This document shows positions 1 to 15,000 of a stretch of 64,000 nucleotides of DNA, piece by piece (position 1 is the first letter of the stretch; every line of letters begins with the position of its first letter). The translations under genes and the position numbers were made by a program. The stretch is from the NCBI GenBank assembly GCA_964016885.1, contig OZ024744.1, positions 99,262,001-99,326,000 of the forward strand, in the 5' to 3' direction. Source of the stretch: Eledone cirrhosa (Eukaryota). The notes beneath the pieces were generated by a model that was not told the origin of the DNA, did no database searches, and saw nothing but the letters and a program-made list of their open reading frames with translations.

Positions 1-3000
1 TGGTCATAGTGTTGGTGGGAGTGGCAGTGGTTATGGTCATAGTGTTGGTGGGAGTGGTGGTGGTTATGGTCATAGTGTTGGTGGTGTGGTGGTGGTTATG
101 GTCATAGTGTTGGTGGGAGTGGTGGTGGTTATGGTCATAGTGTTGGTGGGAGTGGTGGTGGTTATGGTCATAGTGTTGGTGGGAGTGGTGGTGGTTATGG
201 TCATAGTGTTGGTGGGAATCGTGGTGGTTATGGTGATAGTGTTGGTGGGAGTGGTGGTGGTTACGGTCATAGTGTTGGTGGGAGTGGTGTTGTTTATGGT
301 CATAGTGTTGGTGGGTGTGGTAGTGGTTATGGTCATAGTGTTGGTGGGAGTGGTGGTGGTTATGGTCATAGTTTTGGTGGGAGTGGTGGTGGTTATGGTC
401 ATAGTGTTGGTGGGAGTGGCAGTGGTTATGGTCATAGTGTTGGTGGGAGTGGTAGTGGTTATGGTCATAGTTTTGGTGGGAATGGTGGTGGTTATGGTCA
501 TAGTGTTGGTGGGAGTGGTGGTGGTTATGGTCATAGTGTTCATGGGAGTGGCAGTGGTTATGGTCATAGTGTTGGTGTGAGTGGCAGTGGTTATGGTCAT
601 AGTGTTGGTGGGAGTGGTGGTGGTTATGGGGATAGTGTTGGTGGGAGTGGCAGTGGTTATGGTCATAGTGTTGGTGGGAGTGGTGGTGGTTATGGTCATA
701 GTGTTGGTGGGAGTGGTGTTGGTTATGGTCATAGTGTTGGTGGGAGTGGCAGTGGTTATGGTCATAGTGTTGGTGGGAGTGGCAGTGGTTATGGTCATAG
801 TGTTGGTGGGAGTGGCAGTGGTTATGGTCATAGTGTCGGTGGGAGTGGTGGTGGTTATGGTCATAGTGTTGGTTGTGTGGTGGTGGTTATGGTCATAGTG
901 TTGGTGGGAGTGGTGGTGGTTATGGTCATAGTGTTGGTGGTGTGGTGGTGGTTATGGTCATAGTGTTGGTGGGAGTGGTGGTGGTTATGGTCATAGTGTT
1001 GGTGGGAGTGGTGGTGGTTATGGTCATAGTGTTGGTGGGTGTGGCAGTGGTTATGGTCATAGTGTTGGTGGGAGTGGTGGTGGTTATGGTCATAGTGTTG
1101 GTGGGAGTGGTGGTGGTTATGGTCATAGTGTTGGTGGGAGTAGCAGTGGTTATGGTCATAGTGTTGGTGGGTGTGGCAGTGGTTATGGTCATAGTGTTGG
1201 TGGGAGTGGCAGTGGTTATGGTCATAGTGTTGGTGGGAGTAGCAGTGGTTATGGTCATAGTGTTGGTGGGAGTGGCAGTGGTTATGGTCATAGTGTTGGT
1301 GGGAGTGGTGGTGGTTATGGTTATTGTGTTGGTGGGAGTGGCAGTGGTTATGGTCATAGTGTTGGTGGGTGTGGCAGTGGTTATGGTCATAGTGTTGGTG
1401 GGTGTGGCAGTGGTTATGGTCATAGTGTTGGTGGGAGTGGCAGTGGTTATGGTCATAGTGTTGGTGGGAGTGGTGGTGGTTATGGTCATAGTGTTGGTGG
1501 GAGTGGTGGTGGTTATGGTCATAGTGTTGGTGGGAGTGGCAGTGGTTATGGTCATAGTGTTGGTGGGAGTGGTGGTGGTTATGGTCATAGTGTTGGTGGG
1601 AGTGGCAGTGGTTATGGTCATAGTGTTGGTGGGAGTGGAGGTGGTTATGGTCATAGTGTTGGTGGGAGTGGTGGTGGTTATGGTCATAGTGTTGGTGGGA
1701 GTGGTGGTGGTTATGGTCATAGTGTTGGTGGGAGTGGTGGTGGTTATGGTCATAGTGTTGGTGGGAGTGGCGGTGGTTATGGTCATAGTGTTGGTGGGAG
1801 TGGAGGTGGTTATGGTCATAGTGTTGGTGGGAGTGGTGGTGGTTATGGTCATAGTGTTGGTGGGAGTGGTGGTGGTTATGGTCATAGTGTTGGTGGGAGT
1901 GGCAGTGTTTATGGTCATAGTGTTGGTGGGAGTGGTGGTGGTTATGGTCATAGTGTTGGTGTGAGTGGCAGTGGTTATGGTCATAGTGTTGGTGGGAGTG
2001 GTGGTAGTTATGGTCATAGTGTTGGTGGGAGTGGAGGTGGTTATGGTCATAGTGTTGGTGGGAGTGGTGGTGGTTATGGTCATAGTGTTGGTGGGAGTGG
2101 CAGTGGTTATGGTCATAGTGTTGGTGGGTGTGGTGTTGGTTATGGTCATAGTGTTGGTGGGTGTGGTAGTGGTTATGGTCATAGTGTTGGTGGGTGTGGT
2201 GGTGGTTATGGTCATAGTGTTGGTGGGAGTGGAGGTGGTTATGGTCATAGTGTTGGTGGGAGTGGTGGTGGTTATGGTCATAGTGTTGGTGGGAGTGGTG
2301 GTGGTTATGGTCATAGTGTTGGTGGGAGTGGTGGTGGTTATGGTCATAGTGTTGGTGGGAGTGGTGGTGGTTATGGTCATAGTGTTGGTGGGAGTGGCGG
2401 TGGTTATGGTCATAGTGTTGGTGGGAGTGGAGGTGGTTATGGTTATAGTGTTGGTGGGAGTGGTGGTGGTTATGGTCATAGTGTTGGTGGGAGTGGTGGT
2501 GGTTATGGTCATAGTGTTGGTGGGAGTGGTGGTGGTTATGGTCATAGTGTTGGTGGGAGTGGTGGTGGTTATGGTCATAGTGTTGGTGGGAGTGGAGGTG
2601 GTTATGGTCATAGTGTTGGTGGGAGTGGTGGTGGTTATGGTCATAGTGTTGGTGGGAGTGGCAGTGGTTATGGTCATAGTGTTGGTGGGAGTGGTGGTGG
2701 TTATGGTCATAGTGTTGGTGGGAGTGGCAGTGGTTATGGTCATAGTGTTGGTGGGAGTGGCAGTGGTTATGGTGATAGTGTTGGTGGGAGTGGTGGTGGT
2801 TATGGTCATAGTGTTGGTGGGAGTGGCAGTGGTTATGGTCATAGTGTTGGTGGGAGTGGCAGTGGTTATGGTCATAGTGTTGGTGGGAGTGGTGGTGGTT
2901 ATGGTCATAGTGTTGGTTGTGTGGTGGTGGTTATGGTCATAGTGTTGGTGGGAGTGGTGGTGGTTATGGTCATAGTGTTGGTGGTGTGGTGGTGGTTATG

Positions 3001-6000
3001 GTCATAGTGTTGGTGGGAGTGGTGGTGGTTATGGTCATAGTGTTGGTGGGAGTGGTGGTGGTTATGGTCATAGTGTTGGTGCGAATGGTGGTGGTTATGG
3101 TCATAGTGTTGGTGGGAGTGGTGGTGGTTATGGTCATAGTGTTGGTGGGAGTGGTGGTGGTTATGGTCATAGTGTTGGTGGGAGTGGCAGTGGTTATGGT
3201 CATAGTGTTGGTGGGAGTGGCAGTGGTTATGGTCATAGTGTTGGTGGGAATGGTGGTGGTTATGGTCATAGTGTTGGTGGGAGTGGCAGTGGTTATGGTC
3301 ATAGTGTTGGTGGGAGTGGCAGTGGTTATGGTCATAGTGTTGGTGGGAGTGGTGGTGGTTATGGTCATAGTGTTGGTGGGAGTGGTGGTGGTTATGGTCA
3401 TAGTGTTGGTGGGAGTGGCAGTGGTTATGGTCATAGTGTTGGTGGGAGTGGTGGTGGTTATGGTCATAGTGTTGGTGGGAGTGGCAGTGGTTATGGTCAT
3501 AGTGTTGGTGGGAGTGGCAGTGGTTATGGTCATAGTGTTGGTGGGAGTGGTGGTGGTTATGGTCATCGTGTTGGTGGGAGTGGTGGTGGTTATGGTCATA
3601 GTGTTGGTGGGAGTGGCAGTGGTTATGGTCATAGTGTTGGTGGGAGTGGTGGTGGTTATGGTCATAGTGTTGGTGGGAGTGGTGGTGGTTATGGTCATAG
3701 TGTTGGTGGGAGTGGTGGTGGTTATGGTCATAGTGTTGGTGGGAGTGGTGGTGGTTATGGTCATAGTGTTGGTGGGTGTGGCAGTGGTTATGGTCATAGT
3801 GTTGGTGGGAGTGGTGGTGGTTATGGTCATAGTGTTGGTGGGAGTGGTGGTGGTTATGGTCATAGTGTTGGTGGGAGTGGTGGTGGTTATGGTCATAGTG
3901 TTGGTGGGAGTAGCAGTGGTTATGGTCATAGTGTTGGTGGGTGTGGCAGTGGTTATGGTCATAGTGTTGGTGGGAGTGGCAGTGGTTATGGTCATAGTGT
4001 TGGTGGGAGTAGCAGTGGTTATGGTCATAGTGTTGGTGGGAGTGGCAGTGGTTATGGTCATAGTGTTGGTGGGAGTGGTGGTGGTTATGGTTATTGTGTT
4101 GGTGGGAGTGGCAGTGGTTATGGTCATAGTGTTGGTGGGTGTGGCAGTGGTTATGGTCATAGTGTTGGTGGGTGTGGCAGTGGTTATGGTCATAGTGTTG
4201 GTGGGAGTGGCAGTGGTTATGGTCATAGTGTTGGTGGGAGTGGTGGTGGTTATGGTCATAGTGTTGGTGGGAGTGGTGGTGGTTATGGTCATAGTGTTGG
4301 TGGGAGTGGCAGTGGTTATGGTCATAGTGTTGGTGGGAGTGGTGGTGGTTATGGTCATAGTGTTGGTGGGAGTGGCAGTGGTTATGGTCATAGTGTTGGT
4401 GGGAGTGGAGGTGGTTATGGTCATAGTGTTGGTGGGAGTGGTGGTGGTTATGGTCATAGTGTTGGTGGGAGTGGTGGTGGTTATGGTCATAGTGTTGGTG
4501 GGAGTGGTGGTGGTTATGGTCATAGTGTTGGTGGGAGTGGCGGTGGTTATGGTCATAGTGTTGGTGGGAGTGGAGGTGGTTATGGTCATAGTGTTGGTGG
4601 GAGTGGTGGTGGTTATGGTCATAGTGTTGGTGGGAGTGGTGGTGGTTATGGTCATAGTGTTGGTGGGAGTGGCAGTGTTTATGGTCATAGTGTTGGTGGG
4701 AGTGGTGGTGGTTATGGTAATAGTGTTGGTGTGAGTGGCAGTGGTTATGGTCATAGTGTTGGTGGGAGTGGTGGTAGTTATGGTCATAGTGTTGGTGGGA
4801 GTGGAGGTGGTTATGGTCATAGTGTTGGTGGGAGTGGTGGTGGTTATGGTCATAGTGTTGGTGGGAGTGGCAGTGGTTATGGTCATAGTGTTGGTGGGTG
4901 TGGTGTTGGTTATGGTCATAGTGTTGGTGGGTGTGGTAGTGGTTATGGTCATAGTGTTGGTGGGTGTGGTGGTGGTTATGGTCATAGTGTTGGTGGGAGT
5001 GGAGGTGGTTATGGTCATAGTGTTGGTGGGAGTGGTGGTGGTTATGGTCATAGTGTTGGTGGGAGTGGTGGTGGTTATGGTCATAGTGTTGGTGGGAGTG
5101 GTGGTGGTTATGGTCATAGTGTTGGTGGGAGTGGTGGTGGTTATGGTCATAGTGTTGGTGGGAGTGGCGGTGGTTATGGTCATAGTGTTGGTGGGAGTGG
5201 AGGTGGTTATGGTCATAGTGTTGGTGGGAGTGGTGGTGGTTATGGTCATAGTGTTGGTGGGAGTGGTGGTGGTTATGGTCATAGTGTTGGTGGGAGTGGT
5301 GGTGGTTATGGTCATAGTGTTGGTGGGAGTGGTGGTGGTTATGGTCATAGTGTTGGTGGGAGTGGAGGTGGTTATGGTCATAGTGTTGGTGGGAGTGGTG
5401 GTGGTTATGGTCATAGTGTTGGTGGGAGTGGCAGTGGTTATGGTCATAGTGTTGGTGGGAGTGGTGGTGGTTATGGTCATAGTGTTGGTGGGAGTGGCAG
5501 TGGTTATGGTCATAGTGTTGGTGGGAGTGGCAGTGGTTATGGTGATAGTGTTGGTGGGAGTGGTGGTGGTTATGGTCATAGTGTTGGTGGGAGTGGCAGT
5601 GGTTATGGTCATAGTGTTGGTGGGAGTGGCAGTGGTTATGGTCATAGTGTTGGTGGGAGTGGTGGTGGTTATGGTCATAGTGTTGGTTGTGTGGTGGTGG
5701 TTATGGTCATAGTGTTGGTGGGAGTGGTGGTGGTTATGGTCATAGTGTTGGTGGTGTGGTGGTGGTTATGGTCATAGTGTTGGTGGGAGTGGTGGTGGTT
5801 ATGGTCATAGTGTTGGTGGGAGTGGTGGTGGTTATGGTCATAGTGTTGGTGCGAATGGTGGTGGTTATGGTCATAGTGTTGGTGGGAGTGGTGGTGGTTA
5901 TGGTCATAGTGTTGGTGGGAGTGGTGGTGGTTATGGTCATAGTGTTGGTGGGAGTGGCAGTGGTTATGGTCATAGTGTTGGTGGGAGTGGCAGTGGTTAT

Positions 6001-9000
6001 GGTCATAGTGTTGGTGGGAATGGTGGTGGTTATGGTCATAGTGTTGGTGGGAGTGGCAGTGGTTATGGTCATAGTGTTGGTGGGAGTGGCAGTGGTTATG
6101 GTCATAGTGTTGGTGGGAGTGGTGGTGGTTATGGTCATAGTGTTGGTGGGAGTGGTGGTGGTTATGGTCATAGTGTTGGTGGGAGTGGCAGTGGTTATGG
6201 TCATAGTGTTGGTGGGAGTGGTGGTGGTTATGGTCATAGTGTTGGTGGGAGTGGCAGTGGTTATGGTCATAGTGTTGGTGGGAGTGGCAGTGGTTATGGT
6301 CATAGTGTTGGTGGGAGTGGTGGTGGTTATGGTCATCGTGTTGGTGGGAGTGGTGGTGGTTATGGTCATAGTGTTGGTGGGAGTGGCAGTGGTTATGGTC
6401 ATAGTGTTGGTGGGAGTGGTGGTGGTTATGGTCATAGTGTTGGTGGGAGTGGTGGTGGTTATGGTCATAGTGTTGGTGGGAGTGGTGGTGGTTATGGTCA
6501 TAGTGTTGGTGGGAGTGGTGGTGGTTATGGTCATAGTGTTGGTGGGAGTGGCAGTGGTTATGGTCATAGTGTTGGTGGGAGTGGTGGTGGTTATGGTCAT
6601 AGTGTTGGTGGGAGTGGCAGTGGTTATGGTCATAGTGTTGGTGGGAGTGGCAGTGGTTATTGTCATAGTGTTGGTGGGAGTGGTGGTGGTTATGGTCATA
6701 GTGTTGGTGGGAGTGGTCGTGGTTATGGTCATAGTGTTGGTGGGAGTGGTGGTGGTTATGGTCATAGTGTTGGTGGGAGTGGCAGTGGTTATGGTGATAG
6801 TGTTGATGGGAGTGGCAGTGGCTATGGTGATAGTGTTGGTGGGAGTGGTGGTGGTTATGGTCATAGTGTTGGTGGGAGTGGCATTGGTTATGGTCATAGT
6901 GTTGGTGGGAGTGGTGGTGGTTATGGTCATAGTGTTGGTGGGAGTGGTGGTGGTTATGGTCATAGTGTTGGTGGGAGTGGCAGTGGTTATGGTCATAGTG
7001 TTGGTGGGAGTGGTAGTGGTTATGGTCATAGTGTTGGTGGGAGTGGTGGTGGTTATGGTCATAGTGTTGGTGGGAGTGGTGTTGGTTATGGTCATAGTGT
7101 TGGTGGGTGTGGTAGTGGTTATGGTCATAGTGTTGGTGGGAGTGGTGGTGGTTATGGTCATAGTGTTGGTGGGAGTGGTGGTGGTTATGGTCATAGTGTT
7201 GGTGGGAGTGGCAGTGGTTATGGTCATAGTGTTGGTGGGAGTGGTAGTGGTTATGGTCATAGTTTTGGTGGGAGTGGTGGTGGTTATGGTCATAGTGTTG
7301 GTGGGAGTGGTGGTGGTTATGGTCATAGTGTTCATGTGGAGTGGCAGTGGTTATGGTCATAGTGTTGGTGTGAGTGGCAGTGGTTATGGTCATAGTGTTG
7401 GTGGGAGTGGTGGTGGTTATGGGGATAGTGTTGGTGGGAGTGGCAGTGGTTATGGTCATAGTGTTGGTGGGAGTGGTGGTGGTTATGGTCATAGTGTTGG
7501 TGGGAGTGGTGTTGGTTATGGTCATAGTGTTGGTGGGAGTGGCAGTGGTTATGGTCATAGTGTTGGTGGGAGTGGCAGTGGTTATGGTCATAGTGTTGGT
7601 GGGAGTGGCAGTGGTTATGGTCATAGCGTTGGTGGGAGTGGTGGTGGTTATGGTCATAGTGTTGGTGGTGTGGTGGTGGTTATGGTCGTAGTGTTGGTGG
7701 GAGTGGTGGTGGTTATGGTCATAGTGTTGGTGGGAGTGGTGGTGGTTATGGTCATAGTGTTGGTGGGAATGGTGGTGGTTATGGTCATAGTGTTGGTGGG
7801 AGTGGTGGTGGTTATGGTCATAGTGTTGGTGGGTGTGGCAGTGGTTATGGTCATAGTGTTGGTGGGAGTGGTGGTGGTTATGGTCATAGTGTTGGTGGGA
7901 GTGGTGGTGGTTATGGTCATAGTGTTGGTGGGAGTGGTGGTGGTTATGGTCATAGTGTTGGTGGGAGTAGCAGTGGTTATGGTCATAGTGTTGGTGGGAG
8001 TGGCAGTGGTTATGGTCATAGTATTGGTGGGAGTGGTGGTGGTTATGGTCATAGTGTTGGTGGGAGTGGCAGTGGTTATGGTCATAGTGTTGGTGGGAGT
8101 GGTGCTGGTTATGGTCATAGTGTTGGTGGGAGTGGCAGTGGTTATGGTCATAGTATTGGTGGGAGTGGTGGTGGTTATGGTCATAGTGTTGGTGGGAGTG
8201 GTAGTGGTTATGGTCATAGTGTTGGTGGGAGTGGCAGTGGTTATGGTCATACTGTTGGTGGGAGTGGTGGTGTTTATGGTCATAGTGTTGGTGGGAGTGG
8301 TGGTGGTTATGGTCTAGTGTTGGTGGGAGTGGCTGTGGTTATGGTCATAGTGTTGGTGGGAGTGGCAGTGGTTATGGTCATAGTGTTGGTGGGAGTGGTG
8401 GTGGTTATGGTCATAGTGTTGGTGGGAGTGGTGGTGGTTATGGTCATAGTGTTGGTGGGAGTGGCAGTGGTTATGGTCATAGTGTTGGTGGGAGTGGTGG
8501 TGGATATGGTCATAGTGTTGGTGGGAGTGGTTGTGGTTATGGTCATCGTGTTGGTGGGAGTGGTGGTGTTTATGGTCATAGTGTTGGTGGGTGTGGCAGT
8601 GGTTATGGTCACAGTGTTGGTGGGAGTGGTGGTGGTTATGGTCATAGTGTTGGTGGGTGTGGCAGTGGTTATGGTCATAGTGTTGGTGGGAGTGGCAGTG
8701 GTTATGGTCATAGTGTTGGTGGGAGTGGCAGTGGTTATGGTCATAGTGTTGGTGGGAGTGGCAGTGGTTATGGTCATAGTGTTGGTGGGAGTGGTGGTGG
8801 TTATGGTCATAGTGTTGGTGGGAGTGGCAGTGGTTATGGTCATAGTTTTGGTGGGAGTGGTGGTGGTTATGGTCATAGTGTTGGTGGGAGTGGTGGTAGT
8901 TATGGTCATAGTGTTGGTGGGAGTGGCAGTGGTTATGGTCATAGTGTTGGTGGGAGTGGCAGTGGTTATGGTCATAGTGTTGGTGGGAGTGGTGGTGGTT

Positions 9001-12000
9001 ATGGTCATAGTGTTGGTGGGAGTGGTGGTGGTTATGGTCATAGTGTTGGTGGGAGTGGCAGTGGTTATGGTCATAGTGTTGGTGGGAGTGGTGGTGGTTC
9101 TGGTGATAGTGTTGGTGGGAGTGGCAGTGGTTATGGTCATAGTGTTGGTGGGAGTGGCATTGGTTATGGTCATAGTGTTGGTGGTGTGGTGGTGGTTATG
9201 GTCATAGTGTTGGTGGGAGTGGCAGTGGTTATGGTCATAGTGTTGGTGGGAGTGGCAGTGGTTATGGTCTTAGTGTTGGTGGGAGTGGTGGTGGTTCTGG
9301 TGATAGTGTTGGTGGGAGTGGCAGTGGTTATGGTCATAGTGTTGGTGGGAGTGGTGGTGGTTATGGTCATAGTATTGGTGGGAGTGGCAGTGGTTATGGT
9401 CATAGTGTTGGTGGAAGTGGCAGTGGTTATGGTCATAGTGTTGGTGGGAGTGGTGGTGGTTATGGTCATAGTGTTGGTGGGAGTGGCAGTGGTTATGGTC
9501 ATAGTGTTGGTGGGAGTGGCAGTGGTTATGGTCTTAGTGTTGGTGGGAGTGGTGGTGGTTCTGGTGATAGTGTTGGTGGGAGTGGCAGTGGTTATGGTCA
9601 TAGTGTTGGTGGGAGTGGTGGTGGTTATGGTCATAGTATTGGTGGGAGTGGCAGTGGTTATGGTCATAGTGTTGGTGGAAGTGGCAGTGGTTATGGTCAT
9701 AGTGTTGGTGGGAGTGGCAGTGGTTATGGTCATAGTGTTGGTGGGAGTGGTGGTGGTTATGGTCATAGTGTTGGTGGGAGTGGCAGTGGTTATGGTCATG
9801 GTGTTGGTGGGAGTGGCAGTGGTTATGGTCAAAGTGTTGGTGGGAGTGGCATTGGTTATGGTCATAGTGTTGGTGGGAGTGGTGGTGGTTATGGTCATAG
9901 TGTTGGTGGGAGTGGTGGTGGTTATGGTCATAGTGTTGGTGGGAGTGGTGGTGGTTATGGTCATAGTGTTGGTGGAAGTGGCAGTGGTTATGGTCATGGT
10001 GTTGGTGGGAGTGGCAGTGGTTATGGTCAAAGTGTTGGTGGGAGTGGCATTGGTTATGGTCATGGTGTTGGTGGGAGTGGCAGTGGTTATGGTCATAGTG
10101 TTGGTGGGAGTGGCAGTGGTTATGGTCATAGTGTTGGTGGGAGTGGCAGTGGTTATGGTCATAGTGTTGGTGGGAGTGGTGGTGGTTATGGTCATAGTGT
10201 TGGTGGGAGTGGTGGTGGTTATGGTCATAGTGTTGGTGGGAGTGGCAGTGGTTATGGTCATAGTGTTGGTGGGAGTGGTGGTGGTTATGGTCATAGTGTT
10301 GGTGGGAGTGGTGGTGGTTATGGTCATAGTGTTGGTGGGAGTGGCAGTGGTTATGGTCATAGTGTTGGTGAGAGTGGTGGTGGTTATGGTCATAGTGTTG
10401 GTGGGAGTTGCAGTGGTTATGGTCATAGTGTTGGTGGGAGTGGTGGTGGTTATGGTCATAGTGTTGGTGAGAGTGGTGGTGGTTATGGTCATAGTGTTGG
10501 TGGGAGTGGTGGTGGTTATGGTCATAGTGTTAGTGGGAGTGGCAGTGGTTATGGTCATAGTGTTGGTGGGAGTGGCAGTGGTTATGGTCGTAGTGTTGGT
10601 GGGAGTGGCAGTGGTTATTGTCATAGTGTTGGTGGGAGTGGTAGTGGTTATGGTTGTAGTGTTGGTTGGAGTGGCGGTGGTTATGGTTGTAGTGTTGGTG
10701 GGAGTGGTGGTGGTAATAGTTGTAGTGTTGGTTGGAGTGGTGGTGGTTATGGTCATAGTGTTGGTGCGAGTGTTGGTGGGAGTGGCAGTGGTCATGGTCA
10801 TAGTTTTGGTGGGAGTGGCAGTGGTTATGGTTGTAGTGTTGGTGGGAGTGGTAGTGGTTATGGTCATAGGGTTGGTGGGAGTGGCAGTGGTTATGGTCAT
10901 AGTGTTGGTGGGAGTGGTGGTGGTTATGGTCATAGTGTTGGTGGGAGTGGCAGTGGTTATGGTCATAGTGTTGGTGGGAGTGGCAGTGGTTATGGTCATA
11001 GTTTTGGTGGGAGTGGTGGTGGTTATGGTCATAGTGTTGGTGGGAGTGGTGGTGGTTATGGTCATAGTGTTGGTGGGAGTGGCAGTGGTTATGGTCATAG
11101 TGTTGGTGGGAGTGGCAGTGGTTATGGTCATAGTGTTGGTGGGATTGGTGGTGGTTATAGTCGTAGTGTTGGTGGGTGTGGCAGTGGTTATGGTCATAGT
11201 GTTGGTGGGAGTGGTGGTGGTTATGGTCATAGTGTTGGTGGGAGTGGCAGTGGTTATGGTCATAGTGTTGGTGGGAGTGGCAGTGGTTATGGTCGTAGTG
11301 TTGGTGGGTGTGGCAGTGGTTATGGTCATAATGTTGGTGGGAATGGTGGTGGTTATGGTCATAGTGTTGGTGGGAGTGGTGGTGGTTATGGTCGTAGTGT
11401 TGGTGGGAGTGGCAGTGGTTATGGTCATAGTGTTGGTGGGAGTGGCAGTGGTTATGGTCATAGTGTTGGTGGGAGTGGCAGTGGTTATGGTCATAGTGTT
11501 GGTGGGAGTGGTGGTGGTTATGGTCGTAGTGTTGGTGGGAGTGGTGGTGGTTATGGTCATAGTGTTGGTGGGAGTGGCAATGGTTATGGTCATAGTGTTG
11601 GTGGGAGTGGCAGTGGTTATGGTCATAGTGTTGGTGGGAGTGGTGGTGGTTATGGTCATAGTGTTGGTGGGAGTGGCAGTGGTTATGGTCATAGTGTTGG
11701 TGGGAGTGGCAGTGGTTATGGTCATAGTGTTGGTGGGAGTGGTGGTGGTTATGGTCGTAGTGTTGGTGGGAGTGGTGGTGGTTATGGTCATAGTGTTGGT
11801 GGGAGTGGCAATGGTTATGGTCATAGTGTTGGTGGGAGTGGCAGTGTTTATGGTCATAGTGTTGGTGGGAGTGGTGGTGGTTATGGTCGTAGTGTTGGTG
11901 GGAGTGGTGGTGGTTATGGTCATAGTGTTGGTGGGAGTGGCAGTGGTTATGGTCATAGTGTTGGTGGGTGTGGCAGTGGTTATGGTCATAGTGTTGGTGG

Positions 12001-15000
12001 GAGTGGTGGTGGTTATGGTCATAGTGTTGGTGGGAGTGGTGGTGGTTATGGTCATAGTGTTGGTGGGAGTGGCAGTGGTTATGGTCATAGTGTTGGTGGG
12101 AGTGGCAGTGGTTATGGTCATAGTGTTGGTGGGAGTGGTGGTGGTTATGGTCATGGTGTTGGTGGGAGTGGTGGTGGTTATGGTCATAGTGTTGGTGGGA
12201 GTGGTGGTGGTTATGGTCATAGTGTTGGTGGGAGTGGTGGTGGTTATGGTCATAGTGTTGGTGGGAGTGGCAGTGGTTATGGTCATAGTGTTGGTGGGAG
12301 TGGCAGTGGTTATGGTCGTAGTGTTGGTGGGTGTGGCAGTGGTTATGGTCATAGTGTTGGTGGGTGTGGCAGTGGTTATGGTCATAGTGTTGGTGGGAGT
12401 GGTGGTGGTTATGGTCATAGTGTTGGTGGGAGTGGTGGTGGTTATGGTCATAGTGTTGGAGGGAGTGGCAGTGGTTATGGTCATAGTGTTGGTGGGAGTG
12501 GTGGTGGTTATGGTCATAGTGTTGGTGGGAGTGGTGGTGGTTATGGTCATAGTGTTGGTGGGTGTGGTGGTGGTTATGGTCATAGTGTTGGTGGGAGTGG
12601 TGGTGGTTATGGTCATAGTGTTGGTGGGAGTGGTGGTGGTTATGGTCATAGTGTTGGTGGGAGTGGTGGTGGTTATGGTCATAGTGTTGGTGGGAGTGGT
12701 GGTGGTTATGGTCATAGTGTTGGTGGAAGTGGTGGTGGTTATGGTCATAGTGTTGGTGGGAGTGGCAGTGGTTATGGTCATAGTGTTGGTGGGAGTGGTG
12801 GTGGTTATGGTCATAGTGTTGGTGGGAGTGGTGGTGGTTATGGTCATAGTGTTGGTGGGAGTGGTGGTGGTTATGGTCATAGTGTTGGTGGGAGTGGCAG
12901 TGGTTATGGTCATAGTGTTGGTGGGTGTGGTGGTGGTTATGGTCATAGTGTTGGTGGGAGTGGTGGTGGTTATGGTCATAGTGTTGGTGGGAGTGGCAGT
13001 GGTTATGGTCATAGTGTTGGTGGGAGTGGCAGTGGTTATGGTCATAGTGTTGGTGGGAGTGGCAGTGGTTATGGTCATAGTGTTGGTGGGAGTGGTGGTG
13101 GTTATGGTCATAGTGTTGGTGGAAGTGGTGGTGGTTATGGTCATAGTGTTGGTGGGTGTGGCAGTGGCTATGCTCATAGTGTTGGTGGGAGTGGCAGTGG
13201 TTATGGTCATAGTGTTGGTGGGAGTGGTGGTGGTTATGGTCATAGTGTTGGTGGGTGTGGCAGTGGCTATGCTCATAGTGTTGGTGGGAGTGGCAGTGGT
13301 TATGGTCATAGTGTTGGTGGGAGTGGCAGTGGTTATGGTCATAGTGTTGGTGGGTGTGGCAGTGGTTATTCTCATAGTGTTGGTGGGAGTGGCAGTGGTT
13401 ATGGTCATAGTGTTGGTGGGAGTGGTGGTGGTTATGGTCATAGTGTTGGTGGGTGTGGCAGTGGCTATGCTCATAGTGTTGGTGGGAGTGGCAGTGGTTA
13501 TGGTCATAGTGTTGGTGGGTGTGGCAGTGGCTATGCTCATAGTGTTGGTGGGAGTGGCAGTGGTTATGGTCATAGTGTTGGTGGGAGTGGCAGTGGTTAT
13601 GGTCATAGTGTTGGTGGGAGTGGTGGTGGTTATGTTCATAGTGTTGGTGGGTGTGGCAGTGGTTATGGTCATAGTGTTGGTGGGAGTGGCAGTGGTTATG
13701 GTCACAGTGTTGGTAGGAGTGGCAGTGGTTATGGTCATAGTGTTGGTGGGAGTGGTGGTAGTTATGGTCATAGTGTTGGTGGGTGTGGCAGTGGCTATGC
13801 TCATAGTGTTGGTGGGAGTGGCAGTGGTTATGGTCATAGTGTTGGTGGGAGTGGCAGTGGTTATGGTCATAGTGTTGGTGGGAATGGTGGTGGTTATGGT
13901 CATAGTGTTGGTGGGAGTGGTGGTGGTTATGGTCATAGTGTTGGTGGGAGTGGTGGTGGTTATGGTCATAGTGTTGGTGGGAGTGGTGGTGGTTATGGTC
14001 ATAGTGTTGGTGGGAGTGGCAGTGGTTATGGTCATAGTGTTTGTGGGAGTGGTGGTGGTTATGGTCATAGTGTTGGTGAGAGTGGTGGTGGTTATGGTCA
14101 TAGTGTTGGTGGGAGTGGTGGTGGTTATGGTCATAGTGTTGGTGGGTGTGGCAGTGGCTATGCTCATAGTGTTGGTGGGAGTGGCAGTGGTTATGGTCAT
14201 AGTGTTGGTGGGAGTGGTGGTTGTTATGGTCATAGTGTTGGTGGGTGTGGCAGTGGCTATGCTCATAGTGTTGGTGGGAGTGGCAGTGGTTATGGTCATA
14301 GTGTTGGTGGGAGTGGTGGTAGTTATGGTCATAGTGTTGGTGGGTGTGGCAGTGGCTATGCTCATAGTGTTGGTGGGAGTGGCAGTGGTTATGGTCATAG
14401 TGTTGGTGGGTGTGGCAGTGGTTATGGTCATAGTGTTGGTGGGAGTGGCAGTGGTTATGGTCATAGTGTTGGTGGGAATGGTGGTGGTTATGGTCATAGT
14501 GTTGGTGTGAGTGGCAGTGGTTATGGTCATAGTGTTGGTGGGAGTGGTGGTGGTTATGGTCATAGTGTTGGTGGGAGTGGTGGTGGTTATGGTCATAGTG
14601 TTGGTGGGAGTGGTGGTGGTTATGGTCATAGTGTTGGTGGGAGTGGCAGTGGTTATGGTCATAGTGTTGGTGGGTGTGGCAGTGGTTATGGTCATAGTGT
14701 TGGTGGGAGTGGCAGTGGTTATGGTCACAGTGTTGGTGGGAGTGGCAGTGGTTATGGTCATAGTGTTGGTGGGAGTGGCAGTGGTTATGGTCACAGTGTT
14801 GGTGGGAGTGGCAGTGGTTATGGTCACAGTGTTGGTGGGAGTGGCAGTGGTTATGGTCATAGTGTTGGTGGGAGTGGTGGTGGTTATGGTCATATTGTTG
14901 GTGGGAGTGGTGGTGGTTATGGTCATAGTGTTGGTGGGAGTGGTGGTGGTTATGGTCATAGTGTTGGTGGGAGTGGCAGTGGTTATGGTCATAGTGTTGG